Below, one piece after another: positions 56,211 through 64,000 of a stretch of DNA of 64,000 nucleotides; the stretch's first letter is position 1, and the number at the start of each line of letters is the position of its first letter. The stretch spans positions 20,198 to 84,197 of the IMG/VR virus record IMGVR_UViG_2916441648_000002. One strand, 5' to 3'. This stretch comes from a virus (taxonomy: Duplodnaviria > Caudoviricetes). The notes beneath the pieces were generated by a model, which was not told the DNA's origin, made no database searches, and worked only from the letters and a program-made list of their open reading frames with translations. The translations under genes and the position numbers were made by a program.

Positions 56211-56930
56211 ATGAGAATGAAAAAGAAACCATTGACCGCCGAACAACTTGCCGACGCCAACAGGCTGAAAGCTATTTTTGAGTCCAAGAAAAAAGCGCTG
56301 GGGCTCTCACAGGAGACTTTGGCTGAACAAATGGGGATGGGACAAAGTGGTGTTGCGCAGTTACTGAATGGTACAAACGCTATCAACGCTACTCATGCTG
56401 CACAGTTCGCTAAAATTCTAGGGGTAAAAGTCGATGATTTCAGTCCATCCCTTGCAGCTGAGATATCAGCAATGTTTGAGGCGATTGCGAACGGAAGAAA
56501 TCAATCCTCTGTGTATGAATACCCCTTATTAACCGAAGTGCAGGCGGGATCATTTTGCCCCGTTAGTTCATACACAGAACGCGACGCGAAGGAATGGGTT
56601 TCAACCACTGTCAAAGCCAGTGATTCTGCATTTTGGCTTGAGGTATCAGGTCATTCAATGACTGCACCTCCCGGAGTTAAGCCAAGCTTTCCTGAGGGAA
56701 TGCTCATACTCATAGATCCAGAACAAGATGTTGAGCCTGGTGATTTCTGTGTTGCTGGAATATTCAACGATTCAGAAGTTACCTTTAAAAAATTTGTTCG
56801 TGAAGACGGGAAGCCCTGGCTAGAACCTCTAAACCCCAGCCCTCGCTATCAGGCCATTGAATGTAATGAGAATTGCAGGATAATAGGCAAAGTTGTTAAG
56901 GCCCAATGGCCTGAAACCATCTTCGAATAA
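56211..56930 (+). CDS. cI: Lambda-like CI repressor
   Basis: [17 protein letters not shown]...GMGQSGV; VQAG, GHSM and TFKK. Confidence 0.95.
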   Translation: MRMKKKPLTAEQLADANRLKAIFESKKKALGLSQETLAEQMGMGQSGVAQLLNGTNAINATHAAQFAKILGVKVDDFSPSLAAEISAMFEAIANGRNQSSVYEYPLLTEVQAGSFCPVSSYTERDAKEWVSTTVKASDSAFWLEVSGHSMTAPPGVKPSFPEGMLILIDPEQDVEPGDFCVAGIFNDSEVTFKKFVREDGKPWLEPLNPSPRYQAIECNENCRIIGKVVKAQWPETIFE

Positions 56931-56954
56931 GGAGCCAATCGGCTCCTTTTTTTT
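56929..56954 (+). terminator. Terminator after cI
   Basis: AAGGAGCC-AATC-GGCTCCTT followed by a T-run. Confidence 0.75.
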
Positions 56955-56985
56955 GCATCTTTTTTCATCTTACTAATCATAAAGT

Positions 56986-57049
56986 TAACACTATACGTGA
57001 TATTTTTATCACTACAGGTGTTGACCGTTTAATTACTATTGGTGATACT
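56986..57049 (+). promoter_or_regulatory. OL operators and PL of prophage 2
   Basis: 17-bp sites at 56986, 57007 and 57031; TTGACC(57021)-17-GATACT(57044). Confidence 0.8.
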
Positions 57050-57837
57050 CATTATGCGCCGGGGTGATGATGTTTAAGGCCATCGGTAGGTTAGCAGTAC
57101 GGTATATGGCACATGTGCCGCAGCGGTCCGGGGATTCCTTGCATTACTTTTTCCAGATCCAGCGGGTAGCCGGAATGTGCAAGCCAGTTGTGTACGACAG
57201 CCAGAGACGTTTCACCAGCGTGGCGATCAGGTGTGACACCTCGGAAGAGACGAGGCCATAACAGGATTGAGCATTGTATTTTGGCTGATTGGTCTAATCG
57301 CACCATTCAACGCCAAGATAGAAAAGAATGCAGTGCTCCTTCCGTTGTGGTGAATGGCGGGGCTGACCGCCAAACGGTTGAGAAAAGATAAGCAGGCGAA
57401 ACGTTCTAAGCGAGCATATGGACTGATCGAACGCGGATGGAACGGGCGGTTACGATATTGAAACACCGCGCCACTGAGCTGGAGTTCAGCACCAGCCACC
57501 ACAAACGAATCACGTTAGGACCGTGGTAAACCGTAGTAGCTGTACCAGATGCTGTGTGTAGTCTTGGCGGTCGGCAGTTGTGAATGTCCTTAATGTCGAC
57601 CGCCCCTTTTCACAACTGAAAGCGCGTTCGGCCAATTCCTTGAGAGGCCTCAGTCGTTAAATCAACTCAGGGGAACGCGCTCCCAATTGTGGAGAAGCTA
57701 ACAGGCGGTGGCAGCCGCCCGTTTCACTAAGTGCCCTTTTTGGGTGCTTATTAAAACGAAACCCACTTATGTTTTGTCGCCAATCGGCGAGGGATTCGTG
57801 CAACCAAAATTCAGCGGATATTTCCACTGGAGGACTG

Positions 57838-58092
57838 ATGAACCACCTCGAATTTATTGAGAAAAACGTAAGGGAACAGCTGATTAAGCAAGGCTTTTCT
57901 TCTTCGGTGGCTCAGGGGGGGGCTTGGCAAGCACTTGATTTATATAAGCGCATGTCACAAGCCAGTAAGAAAGGCGCGATTTTCGATGATGTGATGAGGC
58001 ATGCGAAAGCCTGGGCAGATAAACAGGTTTCAAAAGCTGAAGTTACGCGGAGAAAACGCACCTCACACAAAGACCAAGGCGGCCTCTTCTGA
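57838..58092 (+). CDS. Hypothetical early protein
   Basis: Identical to 15495-15749. Confidence 0.75.
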   Translation: MNHLEFIEKNVREQLIKQGFSSSVAQGGAWQALDLYKRMSQASKKGAIFDDVMRHAKAWADKQVSKAEVTRRKRTSHKDQGGLF

Positions 58093-58150
58093 GTTGTAAG
58101 GCCAATAATTCAGCGCTGTGCAGAGCGCTTATAACACGGAGAAACTATCC

Positions 58151-58510
58151 ATGACGAACACACAGAACGTCACCGAGCTACAACCACGCATGACCAGAGA
58201 GCAGCTGATCGAAGCAGCACGTATCGCCGCTAAGTTCCTGCCAGTTGCATCAGCTCAGCTTATGAATGAGCTTGCTAACCGTCTCGATATCACCAGCGTA
58301 GCGCTTTGCGAAGCGATGGCACAGCGTAAGGAACTTGCTGAGCAGAACGCCACCCTACGCGAAGATGTTGCCAGCTGGGCCAAAGAGTGTGACCGCCTTG
58401 AAGAGCGCCGCACAAAGACGCCTACGAATGTTCACTCACTGGAAGCGCAGCGCGAATTACGTGAGTTGCCGGCGGTCGTATTTACCCATGAAGACGAGGT
58501 AGCGCTCTAA
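58151..58510 (+). CDS. Hypothetical early protein
   Basis: Identical to 15808-16167. Confidence 0.7.
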   Translation: MTNTQNVTELQPRMTREQLIEAARIAAKFLPVASAQLMNELANRLDITSVALCEAMAQRKELAEQNATLREDVASWAKECDRLEERRTKTPTNVHSLEAQRELRELPAVVFTHEDEVAL

Positions 58511-59337
58511 TGGCTAACTCATTCAAACAAATGACCCGTGACGGTACCATTAAGCGTACCGATACCGGGATGTTCATCCCCCTTTCCGATATCCATGTTC
58601 GTGAAGGTTTCAACAAGCGTGAAGACGATGAACGCACCCGCCAGGCTGATGATGACCTGTTTAACTACCTGATGAACGGCGGATCAGTTCCACCGCTGGA
58701 AGTTATCGCCCGTGATGAAGGTGGCGTGTGGGTTGTTGAAGGTCACCGTCGCCGTCGTTGCTACGCGCGCTGCGCTGAAGCTGGAAAGCCAGTAGACCGC
58801 ATTCACATCATGCCGTTCAACGGTAACGATGTGCAGAGACTGGCGCGCATCATGACCAGTAACAACCAGCTGCCGCTCTCCGATATGGAACAGGCCGCAG
58901 TTATTCAAGAGCTGCATAACGCCTTTAACCAGACCACCAGCGAGATCGCAAAACTGGTCAATAAGTCTGTACCTACTGTCGAAAAGCTCTTGCTACTTAG
59001 CACAGCTAACCACGACGTTCAGAAAGAAGTTAAATCCGGCAACGTGTCCGTAGATGTGGCTGTTGATCGAGTAAAAGAGTTCGGCGAAAAGGCCGGTGAG
59101 GTTCTCCAGAAGGATAAAGCTTCCGCTGCCGCAAAGGGTAAGAAGAAAGTTACCCGCAGCGTTATAGCGCCGGAAATTAGCGTGAAGAAAGCGCGACGTC
59201 TTGTAGAGCTGATCAGCCTGGCGGGTGTAAGCGACACAGGCGTTATCTCTCTCGAAGGATTGGTCCATGCGGAAGTTTTAGGAATCATCGACGAGCACAA
59301 AGCTATCGCAGCTCAGCGTCAAGGAGAAACATCGTGA
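58510..59337 (+). CDS. ParB/Srx-like domain protein
   Basis: Identical to 16167-16994. Confidence 0.8.
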   Translation: MANSFKQMTRDGTIKRTDTGMFIPLSDIHVREGFNKREDDERTRQADDDLFNYLMNGGSVPPLEVIARDEGGVWVVEGHRRRRCYARCAEAGKPVDRIHIMPFNGNDVQRLARIMTSNNQLPLSDMEQAAVIQELHNAFNQTTSEIAKLVNKSVPTVEKLLLLSTANHDVQKEVKSGNVSVDVAVDRVKEFGEKAGEVLQKDKASAAAKGKKKVTRSVIAPEISVKKARRLVELISLAGVSDTGVISLEGLVHAEVLGIIDEHKAIAAQRQGETS

Positions 59338-59810
59338 TTACCGAAAAAAATAATGTCTTTTATTGCGACTGTGGATTTTCTTTCCTGAGAGGTCACAGCG
59401 GCGCGCATGACTGTGCTGTTGGCCTTCGTAATAAGCTGTCCAAGTCTGAAGCCAGGTGCGCGGCGCTGGCTGCGGAGAATGCGGGGCTGAAGGCTGCATT
59501 AAATCCTAAAGTAATCCCTGATGCGGCAGTCGAAGCGTTTAATGAAACAGCCATCATGGACCACGACTGGAATGAGACAAGCGAATGGTCATGGGTGGAG
59601 AACGATACCGATGTTATTCGTGCCGTACTTGAATCCATCAAGCCTGATACCCCAGCCACCGACGCTTTCCTGGCTGAAGTGCGGGCGCAGGGTGTTGATG
59701 TAGCTATCGAGCACTTGATTAACAAATTCGAAGGAACAGGGCGCATTGGCGTTCCCATAATGGCTCTGGAGTGGCTGTCGAAGGAACTTCGCAAAGGGGT
59801 GCGGTCATGA
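59334..59810 (+). CDS. Eaa/Ead-like protein
   Basis: Identical to 16991-17467. Confidence 0.65.
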   Translation: MITEKNNVFYCDCGFSFLRGHSGAHDCAVGLRNKLSKSEARCAALAAENAGLKAALNPKVIPDAAVEAFNETAIMDHDWNETSEWSWVENDTDVIRAVLESIKPDTPATDAFLAEVRAQGVDVAIEHLINKFEGTGRIGVPIMALEWLSKELRKGVRS

Positions 59811-60403
59811 GCAACATCGACAAGCAGTCGCTGCGTGAGCGCTACTCCGCAAAACCGATACCAAAATGCCATATTTGCGGTACCGAAATGACAATACAGC
59901 GGATGTCTGGTAGCCGCGTAACTTACGGCTGCTCAGGCGCAATTTACGATGAAACCGGATGCCACTACGCCGATGGCCGCAGCCTGGCTGATGACCATTA
60001 TGAACAATCCCGCGTCACTGTCACAGATGAAAGTGATCCTGATGTGCTAGCGCTGCAGGATGAGCTGGAAGCCGCAGAGAAGCGGATTTCTGAACTTGAG
60101 AGCGACAATGCATACATCAGAAACAGGCACAAAGAACTAGACCTGTTAATCGGGAAAAACATTCTGGTAATGCAGGCCGCAATCATCGAATGGCAGGGAA
60201 CTGGCGACGCCAGAAAGGGGCTGGCATGGATTTATAACACGCTATTTGGCCCAGGCGAACTGCCGGACGAATCGGAGAAAGACGCCCAGGCCTATTTTGA
60301 CCGTAAATATGCTCCTCTCGACGAAGAACTCATGAATCTTCATCGGTGGTTCTGGGAGCAAAGCGAAGCTGAGCGCGCCGCCGCAGCCGGTAAAGGAGAG
60401 TGA
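59807..60403 (+). CDS. Ead/Ea22-like protein
   Basis: Identical to 17464-18060. Confidence 0.7.
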   Translation: MSNIDKQSLRERYSAKPIPKCHICGTEMTIQRMSGSRVTYGCSGAIYDETGCHYADGRSLADDHYEQSRVTVTDESDPDVLALQDELEAAEKRISELESDNAYIRNRHKELDLLIGKNILVMQAAIIEWQGTGDARKGLAWIYNTLFGPGELPDESEKDAQAYFDRKYAPLDEELMNLHRWFWEQSEAERAAAAGKGE

Positions 60404-60693
60404 GCATGGCTACTTTGCAGGAATTAATCGACCTGACGCCAGAACAAGAAAAGGCGTGGAAGCGCCTTGAGAAAGCAGTGAAGGATTTCCGAGCAGCCGG
60501 AGGTAAGTTCTATAGCGTTTTGGACACGCTGAGCGCCTACAACGGCGAGCACGTTGCCTACATTGATAACGACACGGGCTATCACACCGCAAGCGTCTAC
60601 ATGCCGAGCATTGATGCTACAGGATTTACCAGCTGGGCTGATGATTGGCACGGCATCACGCTGAAAGATGGCGTTAAAGTGGATGAGGACTAA
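60400..60693 (+). CDS. Hypothetical early protein
   Basis: Identical to 18057-18350. Confidence 0.7.
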   Translation: MSMATLQELIDLTPEQEKAWKRLEKAVKDFRAAGGKFYSVLDTLSAYNGEHVAYIDNDTGYHTASVYMPSIDATGFTSWADDWHGITLKDGVKVDED

Positions 60694-60696
60694 CCC

Positions 60697-60975
60697 ATGA
60701 GCACTATTACCAAAGAGCGCGTTGCGGAATTCATTAAAAACCCTCTCGATAACGGCTTAACCCGTGGCGAACAAATGGAGCTGGCGCGTATCGCGCTGGC
60801 ATCGCTCGAAGCGGAGCCTGTGCCGGAATGGACAAACGAGCAGTGTCTGGAGTTCCTGTCTATCGCTTTCCGGCATGCAGAAATTAACGGCGACCTTCAG
60901 CTGGACGATATCCGCCTGGGTGTGAAGATGGTTAATGGTAGCCGCGCCGCCATGCTTCAGGGAGGTAAATCATGA
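60697..60975 (+). CDS. Hypothetical protein (free N-terminal module of the prophage 1 DUF550 fusion)
   Basis: Matches the first ~88 aa of 18354-18986. Confidence 0.7.
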   Translation: MSTITKERVAEFIKNPLDNGLTRGEQMELARIALASLEAEPVPEWTNEQCLEFLSIAFRHAEINGDLQLDDIRLGVKMVNGSRAAMLQGGKS

Positions 60976-61412
60976 GCGATATCACTGTTGACCCGCGCGA
61001 CGAGTTCGAAAAGGTTTTCCCACTTCCAAAGCACGTAATCAGATGCGGAAAGGGTTACGCCTGCACTGAGTACAATGCGTGGGGTGCGCATAACTTCATT
61101 CGGCAATGGGAAGGATGGAGTGCCGCCATGCTTCAGGGTGCCGATGGCAACTATCCGGTAATTCCGGATGGTTACGTTGTGGTGCCGAAGCGCCTAACCG
61201 CAGAGAACTTCGCGAAGGCGGCTTTATCTGGTGAGTTTTCTGAAACCAAGTTCATAAACTGTCCCGAGTGTTTTGGTGATGATGAGTGCGAAACATGCGA
61301 TGGAAGCGGAAGAATTGAAATCACCGTTCCTGTCACATGGACGACCATCAAAGCTATTTGGGCTAAAGGTGTCGAGCATTTCGCAGCAGCGCCGCAGCAG
61401 GAGGTGAAGTGA
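60972..61412 (+). CDS. Hypothetical protein with CPEC...CETC zinc finger
   Basis: GGAGG RBS; ends AAPQQEVK as 18354-18986 does. Confidence 0.7.
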   Translation: MSDITVDPRDEFEKVFPLPKHVIRCGKGYACTEYNAWGAHNFIRQWEGWSAAMLQGADGNYPVIPDGYVVVPKRLTAENFAKAALSGEFSETKFINCPECFGDDECETCDGSGRIEITVPVTWTTIKAIWAKGVEHFAAAPQQEVK

Positions 61413-61717
61413 TGGCCAACCTGCATCTGGCTGTTAACGGTGAATACTTCGACCAGATGAAGTCAGGCGAGAAAACGGAAGAGTATCGCCTGGTTAATCC
61501 GTACTGGTGCCGCAGGCTATCTCATGGCCATAACCAACAATTACCGCGGCGCTTTGATCGCCTGATTATCACCCGCGGATATCCTAAGCGCGGTGACGCG
61601 AGCAAGCGCATCGACATCCCGTATAACGGTTACGAAGTGAAGGTGATAACGCATCCGCACTTCGGCCCCGACCCGGTCAAGGTCTTCGCTATCAAGGTGA
61701 ATATCGATGGCCAGTAA
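61412..61717 (+). CDS. ASCH-domain protein
   Basis: LAVNGEYFDQMKSGEKTEEYR ASCH motif (GxKxxExR). Confidence 0.8.
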   Translation: MANLHLAVNGEYFDQMKSGEKTEEYRLVNPYWCRRLSHGHNQQLPRRFDRLIITRGYPKRGDASKRIDIPYNGYEVKVITHPHFGPDPVKVFAIKVNIDGQ

Positions 61718-61976
61718 ACTCAAACATCGGCGCCTGCGCCGCCTTAAAGCCGATGTCGCATGGTGGCGCGAAGAGGCCGAAGATTGTCGCTCCCGCCTGC
61801 TGGAGCTGGCCGGTGAAATCGACAGGCTCAAAAAGCTGGTTATCCGCGTTCCGATGCCGGTGCTCATACCTAAAGAGATGGCCCACCAGCTTTATTACAC
61901 CGAAACAAAAAGATGTCGTACCTGCAATGATGGGCTCCGTGGTGGTTGCTCAAATTGCATTTTCTATAAGAGATAG
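61707..61976 (+). CDS. Hypothetical protein with C-terminal Cys cluster
   Basis: Homolog of 19286-19555. Confidence 0.7.
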   Translation: MASKLKHRRLRRLKADVAWWREEAEDCRSRLLELAGEIDRLKKLVIRVPMPVLIPKEMAHQLYYTETKRCRTCNDGLRGGCSNCIFYKR

Positions 61977-62007
61977 CCGGGTGCAGCCGGTTAAGTGGAG
62001 AATAGCC

Positions 62008-62217
62008 ATGGCCAAGTTGATGAAGGCGAGTCTGTGGGGTAAGCGAGAGTTTGAACCAGGCTCTGTTCCAGATAACAGAACTATCCGACGCTGGATTGAA
62101 AACGGTAAGCTTCAGGGCCGTATCGTAGATGGTACGATTCTTGTTAGCTCCTCAGAGAAATGGGGCGTTGACTCAATGGTCAGTGAAAGAGTTCGTCAGT
62201 TAATTCAAGAGGATTAA
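62008..62217 (+). CDS. xis: Excisionase-like protein
   Basis: Homolog of 19587-19796. Confidence 0.75.
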   Translation: MAKLMKASLWGKREFEPGSVPDNRTIRRWIENGKLQGRIVDGTILVSSSEKWGVDSMVSERVRQLIQED

Positions 62218-62218
62218 C

Positions 62219-63397
62219 ATGGCCGCAAGACCACGAAAAAGGGAGAACCGCAATCTCCCTGACTTCCTGCTTTTTGATAAAGCTACCGGACAATATCGCT
62301 TTACGCTTATAACCGGGAAACGTAAAAGCATTGGAACTGATCGCGTAATGGCAATCGCCATTGCCAAAGAATATAACCTCAGAATGAGGCCTGAAACGGT
62401 TCCATCCGTTGAAAGCCTGATTAGAGACTCAGGCGGACTTAATGGAGAAGCGCAACCATTCAGCCACCATATTGATCGTATTATGGCGCGTGCCGTTGCC
62501 GACGAAAAACCATCACAAAGTACCCTGGACGACTGGAATAATGACGCTATAAGGGTTAAGGAATTTTTTATCGACATCCCTGCTTGTGATATCGAGCTTG
62601 AGCATGTGAACCAGTTTATTAACCGCTACCATGCTGATGCATCAGCTAACGTTCAAAACAGGAAAGTGAGCTTTCTCAAAAAACTATTCTCTTATGCTGT
62701 TGACGAATCATTAATGATGGATAACCCGGCAGCACGTAAAAAAATGCGCCGCGTTGAAGAGAAGAAGCGCAAGCGGCTCGCGCTGGATAACTTTATTGCT
62801 ATTAGAAACGCAGCAGAACCATGGTTAAGAACCGCAATGGACCTTGCCCTTCAAACGACAAATGCTCGTCTCGAAGTTTCAAGAATAAAATATTCGATAA
62901 GGGAACCGAAGAACGGAGTTTGTGGATGTGTATGGTTAGATCAACCTGAAAACGGAATATACGGAACTTTGTACATTCACCGCCAGAAGGTGCAAAAGAA
63001 AGAAGCATCGCACGTAGCGATCCCAATTGGAGAGGAATTGAAGAGGATTATTGACGATAGCCGGGATAGTGTTGCCAGTCCGTATGTTGTTCACCGGATA
63101 CCAGAACGAAATAACAAACGCAGCAAAGAGGTTTCGCACCCTACTCAGGTAGCGCCAGATTATCTTAGCCGTTCGTTCTCTGCACTGCGTGACAAACTTG
63201 GGTTGTGTGATCATCTTCCAATGGATGAGCGTCCAACCTTTCATGAGATCAGGGCACTTGCCGCTCACTTGTTTGATAGCCAGGGTATCGACCCTCAGGG
63301 CAGGATGGCTCATAGTGATGCCAAATCAACGAAGATATATACCAGTAATCATATCGACTGGGTTATGGTTCCACATGGTGAGATCAAGGCAGGATAA
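62219..63397 (+). CDS. int: Tyrosine integrase
   Basis: Differs from 19798-20976 at only about three residues. Confidence 0.95.
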   Translation: MAARPRKRENRNLPDFLLFDKATGQYRFTLITGKRKSIGTDRVMAIAIAKEYNLRMRPETVPSVESLIRDSGGLNGEAQPFSHHIDRIMARAVADEKPSQSTLDDWNNDAIRVKEFFIDIPACDIELEHVNQFINRYHADASANVQNRKVSFLKKLFSYAVDESLMMDNPAARKKMRRVEEKKRKRLALDNFIAIRNAAEPWLRTAMDLALQTTNARLEVSRIKYSIREPKNGVCGCVWLDQPENGIYGTLYIHRQKVQKKEASHVAIPIGEELKRIIDDSRDSVASPYVVHRIPERNNKRSKEVSHPTQVAPDYLSRSFSALRDKLGLCDHLPMDERPTFHEIRALAAHLFDSQGIDPQGRMAHSDAKSTKIYTSNHIDWVMVPHGEIKAG

Positions 63398-63530
63398 CCA
63401 ATGGCGAAACCACACCTTAAGTCATTGATGTGCATAGTGCAGATAATGCGTAAATTTCACTGTTTGCTTATACAGTCGAATGATGTACAAGCCAGTAATG
63501 GCGCGGCTTAGAGGCATTTTACACAGGTGA

Positions 63531-63619
63531 CATGGGGTGTCGGGGGTCGGAGGTTCAAATCCTCTCGTGCCGACCAAAAATACTCTTTAAACCAGCCAGC
63601 TATGGCTGGTTTTTTTATT
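63531..63619 (+). repeat. attR: 3' half of tRNA-Pro(GGG) plus terminator
   Basis: Identical to 21110-21198; includes hairpin AAACCAGCCA...TGGCTGGTTT and a T-run. Confidence 0.92.
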
Positions 63620-63704
63620 GCTTCATTTCTGATGGGAATCATTACCTGTAGTTTCAGCACCAACGGTCGACAACCCCCCTTAAAACACTCCGCCACGCTT
63701 GACG

Positions 63705-63720
63705 CTGTATATTTTTACAG
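63705..63720. promoter_or_regulatory. LexA box overlapping a promoter
   Basis: CTGTATATTTTTACAG directly after a TTGACG -35-like hexamer. Confidence 0.85.
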
Positions 63721-63760
63721 TAAAAATACCTCCCCCACTTGAAGTTATTACGGAGGTTTT

Positions 63761-64000
63761 ATGTTTGTTGAGTTGGTTTACGATAAGCGAAATGTTCAGG
63801 GCCTGGATGGAGCCAGAGAAATTATATTGGCCGAGCTTACGAAGCGAGTGCATAACATCTTCCCTGATGCTGAAGTGAAGGTTAAGCCTATGCAGGCTAA
63901 CGGACTCAATAGCGATGCCAGCAAAAGCGATCGTGAAAAGTTGAACCGCATGCTGGAGGATATGTTTGAAGAGTCTGATATGTGGCTTACAAATGAATAA
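63761..64000 (+). CDS. DinI/MsgA-family protein
   Basis: MFVELVYDKRN...ELTKRVH..FPDAEV.VKPMQAN; GGAGG RBS; SOS box upstream. Confidence 0.85.
   Translation: MFVELVYDKRNVQGLDGAREIILAELTKRVHNIFPDAEVKVKPMQANGLNSDASKSDREKLNRMLEDMFEESDMWLTNE

Larger units (their letters stand above)
21110..63619. mobile_element. Prophage 2, apparently complete HK97-head/lambda-tail temperate phage, 42,421 bp att to att
   Basis: Bounded by direct att repeats 21110-21198 and 63531-63619; tail, head, terminase, lysis, replication, immunity and integrase modules all present as open ORFs. Confidence 0.95.

Noticed and set aside
62219-63397. Inactivated integrase (TTHAR to TTNAR)
   Set aside because: The change neighbours but does not replace the catalytic Arg; HxxR, H and Y are intact, so inactivation is unsupported.
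1-64000. Whole-window duplication as a simple assembly artefact
   Set aside because: Immunity regions, Q slot, HNH and morons are non-homologous and shared genes carry substitutions, so these are two distinct phages; only the 3.3-kb identical block needs read-level confirmation.

Overview
Enterobacteriaceae chromosome segment holding two related temperate prophages integrated in tandem at the tRNA-Pro(GGG) (proL-type) attachment site. Prophage 1 (<1-21198) is cut by the window edge. Visible are its packaging HNH, a two-gene glycosyltransferase cassette, morons, lysis genes, lambda/P22-type Q, a nin-like region (RusA, antirepressor, LexA-HTH, MT-A70 and C5 methyltransferases), replication gene with iterons, P22-c2-like cI/cro, early-left genes, xis and int. 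Prophage 2 (21110-63619, 42,421 bp att to att) appears complete: SOS-regulated HumD-like operon, lambda-like tail, HK97-like head and terminase, two HNH genes, the same glycosyltransferase cassette, a HEPN-motif moron, lysis, a DUF1133-type gene in the Q slot, lambda-like cI/cro with OR/OL triplets, xis and int. The two phages are heteroimmune mosaics sharing near-identical blocks, including about 3.3 kb with no difference visible by eye. A LexA-boxed DinI/MsgA-like gene follows the right att. Strongest candidates for novelty: (1) a late-operon cassette with three predicted GT-A glycosyltransferase domains next to the packaging genes in both phages (candidate virion glycosylation system); (2) an orphan C5 DNA methyltransferase whose TRD and motif IX lie in a nested alternative reading frame (M.EcoHK31I-like alpha/beta); (3) long structured PL leaders with no N-like gene; (4) a multi-part SOS-mimic kit. 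Family names come from recalled motifs, not from database searches.
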